The position numbers were made by a program, and so were the translations under genes. A stretch of DNA of 64,000 bases from a virus, in IMG/VR virus record IMGVR_UViG_3300033145_000192, positions 113,376 to 177,375 of that record; one strand, given 5' to 3'. Positions 47,319 to 55,716 of this stretch are shown here, piece by piece. Below the pieces are notes generated by a model. That model saw only the letters and a list, made by a program, of their open reading frames with translations. It did no database searches and was not told where the DNA came from. The number at the start of each line of letters is the position of its first letter. Position 1 is the first letter of the stretch.

Positions 47319-47335
47319 TGGCACGCCTTGTGCTT
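47319..47335 (+). promoter_or_regulatory. Sigma54-type promoter
   Basis: CAAAGCACTTATGGC-TGGCACGCCTTGTGCTT. Confidence 0.7.
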
Positions 47336-47347
47336 AGATAGGACAGT

Positions 47348-47617
47348 ATGAACCCAGACAACCCGCCGAGTAAGACAAAGTGGCGCGAGCCGCGTATCCC
47401 CGCCGTGCTTCCGAAGCATATCGACCCGAAGGAGGTAAAGGCTGCGTTGCGTAAGCTCCAGCGTATTACCTCGGGCCTTGAGGCTATCGAAAAGGTCGAG
47501 ATTGCGGTGGGCATTACCAAGTGTATGGCGCTGCGCCTGGATATCGAGCAGTCACTCACAACGGCTGCTAAGGAACTCGTTGAGGCGGTTAGGATTGACC
47601 GCGTGACGGTTGGCTAG
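47348..47617 (+). CDS. Hypothetical protein
   Basis: 89-aa ORF. Confidence 0.6.
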   Translation: MNPDNPPSKTKWREPRIPAVLPKHIDPKEVKAALRKLQRITSGLEAIEKVEIAVGITKCMALRLDIEQSLTTAAKELVEAVRIDRVTVG

Positions 47618-47658
47618 TTTCACCCAATGTAACCCGCCGAGCGGCGGTAAGGGGAGGA

Positions 47659-47760
47659 ATGACTGACGGCGAGATAGCTGTGGCAGTTGTTCTCTTTGTG
47701 TTTCTGGCACAACACATTTACGAAGAGTTCCTAAAGAAAAGGGACAGGAGCGGCTTATGA
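47659..47760 (+). CDS. 33-aa single-pass membrane peptide (not in ORF track)
   Basis: GGGGAGG RBS; MTDGEIAVAVVLFVFLAQHIYEEFLKKRDRSGL; ATGA overlap downstream. Confidence 0.5.
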   Translation: MTDGEIAVAVVLFVFLAQHIYEEFLKKRDRSGL

Positions 47761-47978
47761 CCTGCATTTACTGTGGGCTGACTGACTGCGACTGCAAAGC
47801 ACGTATGGCATGTAACGAGGTTGGAAAGCCTGGCCATACAATGTGCGGGCGCAAGCCTTGCGGGTGCCCCAAGTTTATCCCGTGTTCGCACGAGGGTAAC
47901 AAGTTCGACCGTGGTATGGGACTGAGTATGCCTGATAGCGTGCTTGCCTCCCTTATCACGAGGGGACGGACCCAATGA
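47757..47978 (+). CDS. Small Cys-rich protein
   Basis: CIYCGLTDCDC...CGRKPCGC. Confidence 0.55.
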   Translation: MTCIYCGLTDCDCKARMACNEVGKPGHTMCGRKPCGCPKFIPCSHEGNKFDRGMGLSMPDSVLASLITRGRTQ

Positions 47979-48154
47979 CCAAGAAACACTTTGTCGCTAT
48001 TGCGCGGATTCTAAGGGGTCTGCGTTGTGGAAGCACCACCATAGAGGAAATGAACCTTATCAACCGACTGTCGGACGATTTGGCGCGTTACTTCGCAACT
48101 CAAAACCCGCTGTTCAAGCACAACAGATTCATAAACGAAACCGAGGAGAGGTAG
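47975..48154 (+). CDS. Small hypothetical protein (59 aa; not in ORF track)
   Basis: MTKKHFVAIARIL...LARYFATQNPLFKHNRF; ATGA overlap; fills the gap. Confidence 0.6.
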   Translation: MTKKHFVAIARILRGLRCGSTTIEEMNLINRLSDDLARYFATQNPLFKHNRFINETEER

Positions 48155-49615
48155 ATGGGCGGCTTTGACCGAAACATCACGATTGGCGCTAGGTGGTTTG
48201 ATACCATCAAGAAGGATTATTCCGACTGGCGCTTTGCTTGGGCGCGTGAGGCTGGACAGAATAGCCTTGACGCGGGAGCCCAGAATATCGTCATTACCGT
48301 GGAGTATGACGAGGATACCGACGAGACCACCGTTAGCTGGAACGACGACGGTTGCGGTATGGACGAGGATACGCTTGAGTCCAAGTTCATGGCTATTGGC
48401 GGAAGCCAAAAGGCCGAGGGCAATACCGGCGGCTTTGGCGTAGCCAAGCTAATCCTGGCGTTTGCTCAGGAGAATTACGCGATTCGCACCCGTGATATCC
48501 ACGTCCGGGGCGAAGGCTCGCAATACTCGGTCGAAACCGGACTGCTCTACAAGCGGGGGCTACGGCTTACCGTTACCATGTCTGGCGACGAGACATACTG
48601 CGTGCGTGAGCGTATCAGGCGGTGGGTTCGGTTCACTACCACTCGCTGCGCTATCATGCTAGACGGCGAAAACCTCACGACGTTGCGTATGCACCGACCA
48701 AAGGTCCAGAACGAGTGGTGCAAGGTTTACACCCACAACATTGGCGACGATTTCGCGCACCAAATCCGGGTCCGAATCAATCGCCAGTATATGTTCGACA
48801 TTTACTCCAGTGTCCCGAGGCACATTACGGTGGACCTTATCGGGGACTCCACGGAGTATCTCACGTCGAACCGGGACGGAATGAACTGGCAATGGCGCAG
48901 TAAGCTCCAGAAGCTCTGCGAGGAGCTATTCGCTGACCCCAGGCAAATCAAAGAAACCCCCGACCACGTAAAGATTTATCGTGGAACTATGGGGCGTATC
49001 TCGTGGCAAACTGAGGACGAGAAGCCTCGCAAGGTTTCGCTGAATACCAAGCCCGAGAGGGTTGCGGCTGTTCCCACCACGTATGCGGGTTCCCCCAACG
49101 CAAGGGAGTGTAACCCCGTCCCGCTGCCGCCGCACAAGCGGAGTTTCAGAGAGATTCAGCACCTTATCGACGGGTTCGATGTGGTCGTTATGAATCAGAC
49201 GAGTAAGGAGTTGCCCGAAAAGTGGGAGCCGGGAACTTTGAGCAAAACGAACTACAAGCTCCTCAACCGTTGGATTCGAGTTATCCAGACGGTCGGAGAG
49301 ATACTCGGGCGAACCGAGGACGTGACTATCGGCTGGGTTTTCTCGTTCGATGCGCGTGCTATGCACCGTTACAACGACGAACACGGCCATATGGTGCTCC
49401 TCAACCCCGTGGACGTAAAGGAAACTCGCATGACGAATCACTGGAGGGCGGATATTTCCTCCTTCTATGAGATGGTCGTCTGCGCTATCCACGAAATCAC
49501 GCATATCGACAACTCGGGACATACCGAGGCGTTTGCTCGGGACATTACCTACTCAATGGGCAAGGTTATGGCTCGCCAGTCGCTTCTGGAAAAGGTCCGA
49601 AAGGAGACGAGGTAA
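48155..49615 (+). CDS. GHKL (HATPase_c) ATPase with a C-terminal HEXXH motif
   Basis: REAGQNSLDAGA, NDDGCGM, GGFGVAK Bergerat motifs; AIHEITH. Confidence 0.8.
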   Translation: MGGFDRNITIGARWFDTIKKDYSDWRFAWAREAGQNSLDAGAQNIVITVEYDEDTDETTVSWNDDGCGMDEDTLESKFMAIGGSQKAEGNTGGFGVAKLILAFAQENYAIRTRDIHVRGEGSQYSVETGLLYKRGLRLTVTMSGDETYCVRERIRRWVRFTTTRCAIMLDGENLTTLRMHRPKVQNEWCKVYTHNIGDDFAHQIRVRINRQYMFDIYSSVPRHITVDLIGDSTEYLTSNRDGMNWQWRSKLQKLCEELFADPRQIKETPDHVKIYRGTMGRISWQTEDEKPRKVSLNTKPERVAAVPTTYAGSPNARECNPVPLPPHKRSFREIQHLIDGFDVVVMNQTSKELPEKWEPGTLSKTNYKLLNRWIRVIQTVGEILGRTEDVTIGWVFSFDARAMHRYNDEHGHMVLLNPVDVKETRMTNHWRADISSFYEMVVCAIHEITHIDNSGHTEAFARDITYSMGKVMARQSLLEKVRKETR

Positions 49616-49998
49616 TGCCCGTCAGCATTTGCGACGTGCTTTATGCGCGGAAGCCTGAGCTAAAGGACTCCGAGTATATCACCGCGACCGAGTTTGATAA
49701 GGAGGGTTTACCCTTCTTTTCAGGCTGCCAGGGTTGCGGTGAGTCGCTTGGGCCACATAACGCTTACCCCTCCAATACCGGATTCATTCGGTGCGAGGCG
49801 TGCGTTGAAGGGCGCGGTTTCGATACCGTCGAGGCATTCCGTAAATACGAGGAGGATAACCTCGTAACGTGCGAGGTTGGCAATCGTTGCGGAGTATGCG
49901 ACGACTGTTACAACGGATACCACGGACACGAGGGAACAAAGGCTGGTAACGAGTATGCCAGCAAGCAAAAGGAAAGGCGGGAGCATGACGAAGATTAG
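49615..49998 (+). CDS. Cys-rich hypothetical protein
   Basis: Several CxxC pairs. Confidence 0.6.
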   Translation: MPVSICDVLYARKPELKDSEYITATEFDKEGLPFFSGCQGCGESLGPHNAYPSNTGFIRCEACVEGRGFDTVEAFRKYEEDNLVTCEVGNRCGVCDDCYNGYHGHEGTKAGNEYASKQKERREHDED

Positions 49999-50074
49999 CC
50001 TCACTATCAAGTGGTGGCACGTCGCCGTGCTTATTGGCGGCTACCTTGTCGCCAAGCATTTCGGCGTCATCTAG
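49985..50074 (+). CDS. 29-aa membrane peptide
   Basis: GGGAG RBS; MTKISLTIKWWHVAVLIGGYLVAKHFGVI. Confidence 0.45.
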   Translation: MTKISLTIKWWHVAVLIGGYLVAKHFGVI

Positions 50075-50080
50075 GAACAA

Positions 50081-50377
50081 ATGAACTGCGCTGATTCCCG
50101 TTACGGGGAATGTGACGCCTGTTACCACGGGAACAAAGAAAGGTGCGTTATGGCAGGGATAAAGCCTGAAAAGGTATCAATCTTCGCCGCAGCTATGGTC
50201 ATTCTAGACGAGCGGCATATGGTGAGGGCCACTATGGCAGTCGTGGACGCTATCGTTGACGGTGCCTTTGAGGATGGCACTATTGACGATATGACCGCTC
50301 GATTCACTGAGAGGTTCTCCGCGCCTCTGGATAAGGACGGAAACTTCATTCCTCCTAGGAGTGCATATCCTCTATGA
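50081..50377 (+). CDS. Hypothetical protein
   Basis: 98 aa, AGGA RBS. Confidence 0.55.
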   Translation: MNCADSRYGECDACYHGNKERCVMAGIKPEKVSIFAAAMVILDERHMVRATMAVVDAIVDGAFEDGTIDDMTARFTERFSAPLDKDGNFIPPRSAYPL

Positions 50378-50850
50378 CCATTACGAAAACAGTCAAGCTG
50401 TATGTCGAGGGCTGGATTTGTTCTGGCTGTAAAGCCGACGTGGACACTAACGTCGAGAAATGCCCCAAGTGCGGCAAGGCGTTTGAGGACACAAAGGACT
50501 CCGGTTACGACGAGGAGCGCGAGGTAGAGTTTCCCGCCGAGTGGGAGATTTGCCCGGATTGCCGTGGTAAGGGCACCACATATCTCGGGTGGGCTGCGCG
50601 TGACCAGCCAGCCTTTACCGCCGAGGATATGGCATACGAGGGGCCAGATTTCATGGAGGATTACATGACTGGCGCGTATGACAGTCAGTGTCCCGAGTGT
50701 AAGGGTAGCGGCAAGGTCAAGGTTATCGACTCAAAGGCAGTCGAGAGTAATCCTGAACTGAACAAACTCTACAAGGCATACCTCGAATCGGTCGAGCAGG
50801 ACGCCTATTACGACGCAATCAGTAGAGCCGAACGGGCTATGGGGGCTTGA
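50374..50850 (+). CDS. DnaJ-type Zn-finger protein
   Basis: CPDCRGKG and CPECKGSG repeats plus an N-terminal Zn ribbon. Confidence 0.7.
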   Translation: MTITKTVKLYVEGWICSGCKADVDTNVEKCPKCGKAFEDTKDSGYDEEREVEFPAEWEICPDCRGKGTTYLGWAARDQPAFTAEDMAYEGPDFMEDYMTGAYDSQCPECKGSGKVKVIDSKAVESNPELNKLYKAYLESVEQDAYYDAISRAERAMGA

Positions 50851-51401
50851 TGAAGGGCATTTGTTTCATTCTCTCTGGTGTTTCAGGCATTGGCAAGAGC
50901 CTCCTATCCAGTCATATCTGGAAGCGCGTTATCGACGCCGGGCTTGTTGCCTCGCTTATCAACGCCGATAGGTTCCACGAGAACCCTGCGACGGGTGAGT
51001 ATGAGTTTGATATCGCCAAGGCTGGCGAGGCTCATAACTGGTCGTTCCGTGGCGCTTTGTCTGCGTTTGGCTGGCACCGTGGCGGTTGTGAGGAGATTCC
51101 GGTTGACACGGTTATCGTGGACAATACCAACTGCACGGCTGCGGAAATGAGCCCCTATATCCTGGCCGCTACGGCAAGTGGGTATGAGGTGAAGATAATC
51201 CGCGTGTCCGGGGATTTCGAGGCTGCCTTTGCCCGAAACTCTCATGGCGTGCCTCGCAACGTGTTCGATTACATGGTGGCCGAGTTTGAGAAGAAGAGCC
51301 TAGCCCCTTGGTGGGAGGTTTCTGAGTATCACACCGATACCGCCGCCGAACAGTTCGATAGCGATTTCGTCCCTGCCGACGAGGATACGCTGGAATGGTA
51401 A
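50847..51401 (+). CDS. P-loop kinase (AAA_33 / N4BP2-like polynucleotide kinase)
   Basis: GVSGIGKS Walker A, INADRF, VIVDNTN, RNSHGVP. Confidence 0.8.
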   Translation: MMKGICFILSGVSGIGKSLLSSHIWKRVIDAGLVASLINADRFHENPATGEYEFDIAKAGEAHNWSFRGALSAFGWHRGGCEEIPVDTVIVDNTNCTAAEMSPYILAATASGYEVKIIRVSGDFEAAFARNSHGVPRNVFDYMVAEFEKKSLAPWWEVSEYHTDTAAEQFDSDFVPADEDTLEW

Positions 51402-51595
51402 GGCTTGCTTGCCTAGCAGTTATTCTCATGGTGGGCTGCGCTACACCGAACAGTGTTCCAGCCAACGTAACACGCCCGAAACCACAGCGAGAGGCGACAA
51501 ACTGGGAGCATAGACCGTTCCCAGTTATGTATGTCTGGGAGGATGTCTATTACGGGCACGTTGACCCTGAGTATGACCCCGAGGAAGAGGAATGA
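51395..51595 (+). CDS. Putative small lipoprotein
   Basis: Signal peptide ending in the lipobox-like MVGC. Confidence 0.5.
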   Translation: MVRLACLAVILMVGCATPNSVPANVTRPKPQREATNWEHRPFPVMYVWEDVYYGHVDPEYDPEEEE

Positions 51596-51804
51596 CAACC
51601 CGCTTTGGCCAGGACGTAGATACTCAGGCTACCGCCGCGTTTGTGAGAATGTGGCGAGAGTGTAAGGACGAGTTTGAAGGGCTCCCGAAACAAATCGCGC
51701 TCCTGGTATTCAAGGTGGGCTTCACTGAGGGAATGAAGGAAGGGACTGCTAGAGCAAGGGATATGCTTGGCAAATCAGGAGAAAGCCATGACAAATCAGG
51801 ATAA
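51592..51804 (+). CDS. Hypothetical protein
   Basis: 70 aa, GAGG RBS, ATGA overlap. Confidence 0.55.
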   Translation: MTTRFGQDVDTQATAAFVRMWRECKDEFEGLPKQIALLVFKVGFTEGMKEGTARARDMLGKSGESHDKSG

Positions 51805-52033
51805 GGTCGAACGGTGCGTGAGTCGCGGCCATTACGCGACATTTCTCGACCGACGCAAGAAAGGAGACTGGCCATCCCAGCGTTTAGGCCAGGCGTTCGT
51901 AAACTTCTTCAATATCAACTGTTGCGCCGATAAGGAGAAGGCCGGTTACAGTGGAGCCTGTCTTTTCCACGAGAGAGACGAGAAACGCGCAAGGGAGATT
52001 ATCAGGGACCTGTATCTCGATACGGGCTGGTAA
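51788..52033 (+). CDS. Hypothetical protein
   Basis: From MTNQDK; QRLGQAFVN motif. Confidence 0.6.
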   Translation: MTNQDKVERCVSRGHYATFLDRRKKGDWPSQRLGQAFVNFFNINCCADKEKAGYSGACLFHERDEKRAREIIRDLYLDTGW

Positions 52034-52040
52034 CTCAAGC

Positions 52041-52113
52041 GCCTCTATAGCTCAGTAGGTAGAGCAGCGGGCTTTTAACCCGTGGGTCGGGGGTTCGATT
52101 CCCTCTGGGGGCA
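52041..52113 (+). tRNA. trnK: tRNA-Lys(UUU), canonical, no encoded CCA
   Basis: Full cloverleaf, anticodon loop CT-TTT-AA, T loop TTCGATT. Confidence 0.95.
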
Positions 52114-52317
52114 TCCTACCGTGATGGTGGGTAATAAAGATTAAATAACAAATAGAAGTATATAGGTGTTGTTGTGTGTAATTGTTGAACTAAAATGGAT
52201 ACTCTAAGGCGGTAGAGGTATATTATGTGGGGTGTCGCAGCCGCCAATGCGATACCAGCGCGACGTTTAGGCAGGGTCCGGTTACATACCCGGACGGGTC
52301 GCATATGCAGGTGTTGG

Positions 52318-52459
52318 TCTGTGTTAAGTGGCTAAAGACGCCACGCCGAGTATTATTCATATCATACAAAATGAATATAACATGCTCGGTGCCGTTGCTT
52401 CTCCGTGGCCTTAGCGGGCAGGATAAGCAGGCTGCTCGGTGCAATACCGAGACACAGTA
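52318..52459 (+). ncRNA. tRNA-like shell with two greatly extended arms
   Basis: CTGTGT/ACACAG, GTGGC/GCCAC, GCCGAG/CTCGGT long hairpin, third hairpin, CTCGG-TGCAATA-CCGAG. Confidence 0.65.
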
Positions 52460-52470
52460 TAGTCGCTGGT

Positions 52471-52551
52471 GGGTAATTCTTCCCGCCTTAATAATCATTG
52501 GGTTCTGCCAGCGACACCAATCGAATGCCGTCTGGGGTAATTCTTCCCGCC
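52471..52551 (+). repeat. 17-bp direct repeat GGGTAATTCTTCCCGCC x2
   Basis: Copies at 52471-52487 and 52535-52551. Confidence 0.85.
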
Positions 52552-52725
52552 AAATTAAGAATTGTATAAGCCGAGTCGGTGCGTAAGCACCACAAAATCT
52601 CGGTGGATATGTTAGAAAAGGGTTCTCAGGCGGCAGCTACAAAGAGGAGATGTCTCGTGGAACGTATTACGGGCGCTGGATACATCGACTCAACCGGAAT
52701 CCACTGGACCTATAAGGAGGGTCAA

Positions 52726-53202
52726 ATGGCCAAACTGAAGGCTGGAACTGTTTACGCAATCACTCATGGCGAACTCCACGGGCTGAAGAAGCCTGCAATC
52801 CGCGTTTCCAAGTGCGGCCAGTATGGCTGGTTTTGGAATACCGCTGAGGCCGAGGAAACCCGCGTGCATATCAAGCATACGGACGGAGCAGACCCCGACG
52901 CTACTAAGCCCCTCCCTGGCGATTTCTTCACCGAAAAGGCTGCCGAGGAGCTTGAGGTTGCGCGAGCTATGGCGTCCGAGCTTGTTTCGGCACGAGACCT
53001 CGACCGTATCCGCAAGTTCAAGTTTCGGGTCAAGTCCCGAACCGAGACTATCGCGGAGGAACTGCGGGCACTGGAGGACGTTAGCGGAGAGTATCCTCCG
53101 TTCTTCTCCACCGGTCGTATGACCGATTTCGCTCTCGGTGCGCTCGTTAGCGGCGCGGTGGCTGGCGCTACCGTGCTCGGCACTATTCTCTACGTGCTGT
53201 GA
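52726..53202 (+). CDS. Hypothetical protein with C-terminal transmembrane helix
   Basis: AAGGAGG RBS; hydrophobic C-terminus. Confidence 0.65.
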   Translation: MAKLKAGTVYAITHGELHGLKKPAIRVSKCGQYGWFWNTAEAEETRVHIKHTDGADPDATKPLPGDFFTEKAAEELEVARAMASELVSARDLDRIRKFKFRVKSRTETIAEELRALEDVSGEYPPFFSTGRMTDFALGALVSGAVAGATVLGTILYVL

Positions 53203-53432
53203 ACAAGCGCGAGTTTGCATACGCCCTGATACCAGGGCTAGAGCAGGACATTGACGGTGCGAGTAAGGCTCTCAGTAATGCTGGGAGCCTGCTCGGCCTT
53301 CCTGAGTCGTATCTCCTAAGCCTTCAAGCCGAGTTTGCGGCGGCGGGGCTAGAGGAGCGATTTCAGGAGTGGAATGAAGGGACTATCTTTCCCGAGGCTA
53401 TGAGGCGGGAATTGTTCCTTCGGACTATTTGA
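53199..53432 (+). CDS. Hypothetical protein
   Basis: GTGA overlap, 77 aa. Confidence 0.55.
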   Translation: MNKREFAYALIPGLEQDIDGASKALSNAGSLLGLPESYLLSLQAEFAAAGLEERFQEWNEGTIFPEAMRRELFLRTI

Positions 53433-53437
53433 AACAA

Positions 53438-53618
53438 CGACCGTTGTGGTGAGCTTAAAGCATGGGCCCAATAAGCAACAAAATCCACGGGCGACGTATT
53501 GTGTCAAGCATTACTGTATGTGGCGTAAGCCGCAGCGCAGGGGCCTAATCGTCGGGGAATTTGCAAACCCTTTGTCGGTTAGGACACAAACGGCCAGGCT
53601 CGAATCCTGGGCGGTCGA
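53438..53618 (+). ncRNA. 181-nt tRNA-like shell (C1-G72, A73) with large insertions
   Basis: CGACCGT/GCGGTCG, TTGTGTC/GACACAA, CCAGG-CTCGAAT-CCTGG. Confidence 0.65.
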
Positions 53619-53621
53619 TTT

Positions 53622-53821
53622 GGCGCGTGAATAAGGGGAAACCCGAGTATCGGAGATAAAAGTTAGACAACTCTCGTAAAGGGAGGTATCTGGTAGGATA
53701 TTCTACCCATTGGAAGCGACCACCGACGCGCTAATTGAAACATGGGGAGCACGACGGAGACGCCGTGTTATGACCCAGTGATGTATGTAACTGTCATAGA
53801 CTGCATTACTGGCCCCCGCCA
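53622..53821 (+). ncRNA. Two tandem structured RNA candidates
   Basis: GGCGCGT/ACGCGCT closing stem with GNRA hairpins; then CCAGTGATGTA/TGCATTACTGG stem, ending CCCCCGCCA. Confidence 0.5.
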
Positions 53822-53826
53822 TACAA

Positions 53827-53961
53827 GGGAGTCTAGCTCAAAGGCGTGGCCACGTCTGCTGGGGAGTATCTGGACAGGCCGCAGATACAACCGTTAACAG
53901 TAAGTAGAGCAGCCGATTTGAAATCGGAAGGGTCCTGGTGCAAGTCCAGGGGCTCCCACCA
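53827..53961 (+). tRNA. tRNA with TGA anticodon, short variable arm, encoded CCA and a 67-nt D loop
   Basis: GGGAGTC/GGCTCCC-A-CCA, GCTC/GAGC, CCGA-TTTGAAA-TCGG, CCTGG-TGCAAGT-CCAGG. Confidence 0.85.
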
Positions 53962-53974
53962 TATAGGAGTGAGT

Positions 53975-54169
53975 ATGAAAGTCTATGTCTGCCAACATCA
54001 AAACGGGTATGCAGTAGCCGTATCTTATGGCCGAGGCCATGCCGTTAAGATGATAGCCAAGGCGCTAGAGGCAGAGGGCTTTACGCTCACAAAGGAAGAT
54101 AAGGTCGAGGAATTGACCTTGGAAACAAAGAAGGGCTATGCGAAGCTCTTGCCCACGAAAGAGGCGTGA
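53975..54169 (+). CDS. Hypothetical protein
   Basis: AGGAG RBS, MKVYVCQH. Confidence 0.6.
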   Translation: MKVYVCQHQNGYAVAVSYGRGHAVKMIAKALEAEGFTLTKEDKVEELTLETKKGYAKLLPTKEA

Positions 54170-54170
54170 G

Positions 54171-54419
54171 ATGTTCAAATTCTATACGACAGACAAAACG
54201 GTCGCCCTGGTATTCGAGGATACCAAGAAGGTTTGGCAAATGGCCTGTCAAATGCTGCAACTCGAACAGCCCCGAAGGGTTCTTTTCTTCAGTGACGAGG
54301 AAGTTACTGACGAGGAGGCTAAGGAGATTCTGGATAGAATCCATGCTGACGGCATTGAAACCGAGGAGCCTATCAGGCATAATGGAGTCAGTTGGGAGAA
54401 CCCAAATGAAGGTGGATAG
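54171..54419 (+). CDS. Hypothetical protein
   Basis: From MFKFYTTDK. Confidence 0.6.
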   Translation: MFKFYTTDKTVALVFEDTKKVWQMACQMLQLEQPRRVLFFSDEEVTDEEAKEILDRIHADGIETEEPIRHNGVSWENPNEGG

Positions 54420-54606
54420 AATCTGCCCTTGCGGCAATCCGGTTTATCGAGGCCGAAAGCACTCCTGTAGAGGGATTGGTATGGGGCCTTGGCAGGAACA
54501 CGGAGCTATGGGGCACGCCACTCGAACCAAGAACAAACGTCGTATGGCTTCAAGGTTAGCCTGTCGAGGAAACAAGGCGGGTAAGCTAAGGAGTAGCGAC
54601 TACTAG
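54406..54606 (+). CDS. Small basic hypothetical protein
   Basis: MKVDRICPCG..., GGGAG RBS. Confidence 0.5.
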   Translation: MKVDRICPCGNPVYRGRKHSCRGIGMGPWQEHGAMGHATRTKNKRRMASRLACRGNKAGKLRSSDY

Positions 54607-54613
54607 GAACAGC

Positions 54614-54898
54614 ATGTGCTGTATCCAATCACTTGGCAAAGAGACTGAGGAGGCCGTAATGGTCCGATACAACGTGGGCGATATCATTCTGCAACAGTCG
54701 TGGTCATTCGGACAGCGATACATCCGAATCACAAATAAGGACAACGATATCAAGAACGGTTCATCCGGGTTTGATGGAGTCCTGTGCGATAAGCGCGGCA
54801 ATGAGGTCAATAAGGACGACAAGTATGGGAATACAGTCTGGGGCTACGATACCCAGATTCTCAAGGTCGTGGACCCAAACGACGAAGAGGATGATTAG
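54614..54898 (+). CDS. Hypothetical protein
   Basis: 94-aa ORF; start may be 54659. Confidence 0.55.
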   Translation: MCCIQSLGKETEEAVMVRYNVGDIILQQSWSFGQRYIRITNKDNDIKNGSSGFDGVLCDKRGNEVNKDDKYGNTVWGYDTQILKVVDPNDEEDD

Positions 54899-55032
54899 CC
54901 CCGAGATAACCTTCTGGCGGCAATACAGACAGCGATTAGTAGGTATTGAGTGGGAGTGGGATTACATCTCATTCTACCTGCTTCTCTTTGGAATCACAGT
55001 AAGATGGTGGGATAGACCCATCGGAGGTAAAC

Positions 55033-55599
55033 ATGGCTGACTTTGACCCCAGGAGCGTAATCCAGGGAATGTTCTCTGGAATAGCAGACGCGCAATCCCG
55101 CAAGTATCACAAGGCTGTGGGTAAGAGCGGCGCTGTTTGGCTTTATGCTGACCAGCCGAACGCTGGCGATAACGTCTATTCTCACACTCCAAACCCTAAC
55201 TGGCGCACCATGCGAGCGTCCTTTGCTGGCTTTGGTGGAGCCGTGCTCAAGTTTCCTCTAGTAGACGGGACAGTTTACGAGGCTCGTGCGCCGTGGCATT
55301 CCAATGCGGTAGCGATGTTTACCGACACGGGGATTGATTTGAGACAGACTCACCTTACCTTGGTCGTGATTGGTAAGGGAGTGAGGCGTGTAAGCGGCTC
55401 ACTACACGGCATCATTACCGACGTGCTATACAAAGACCTCAAGCCCCTAGTCGGATACTTCAAGCGTGGCGATTACCTTGCGGACAAGCTGGCGAATGAG
55501 CTTGATACCGAGGTTTTCCTGTTCGTATCCTCGCAAGGCGGCTCGTCGGCTGGCTTTAGACAGCCTGGGAAAACGGTAGACGAAAGCAATAGGTGGTGA
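55033..55599 (+). CDS. Hypothetical protein
   Basis: 188 aa, GGAGG RBS. Confidence 0.65.
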   Translation: MADFDPRSVIQGMFSGIADAQSRKYHKAVGKSGAVWLYADQPNAGDNVYSHTPNPNWRTMRASFAGFGGAVLKFPLVDGTVYEARAPWHSNAVAMFTDTGIDLRQTHLTLVVIGKGVRRVSGSLHGIITDVLYKDLKPLVGYFKRGDYLADKLANELDTEVFLFVSSQGGSSAGFRQPGKTVDESNRW

Positions 55600-55716
55600 G
55601 TAACTGCCCCAGTTGTATCCAACTTTGGATAGAGGGGTTCAAGTATTGCCCAAGCCACAAGGTCTGGAAAGGCCCGTGGCATTGGGTAATGTGTCTCCAC
55701 GACCAAGGGAGTTACA

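Noticed and set aside
50015-50031. Additional sigma54 promoter TGGCACGTCGCCGTGC
   Set aside because: Spacing is GG-N11-GC and it lies inside a coding sequence.
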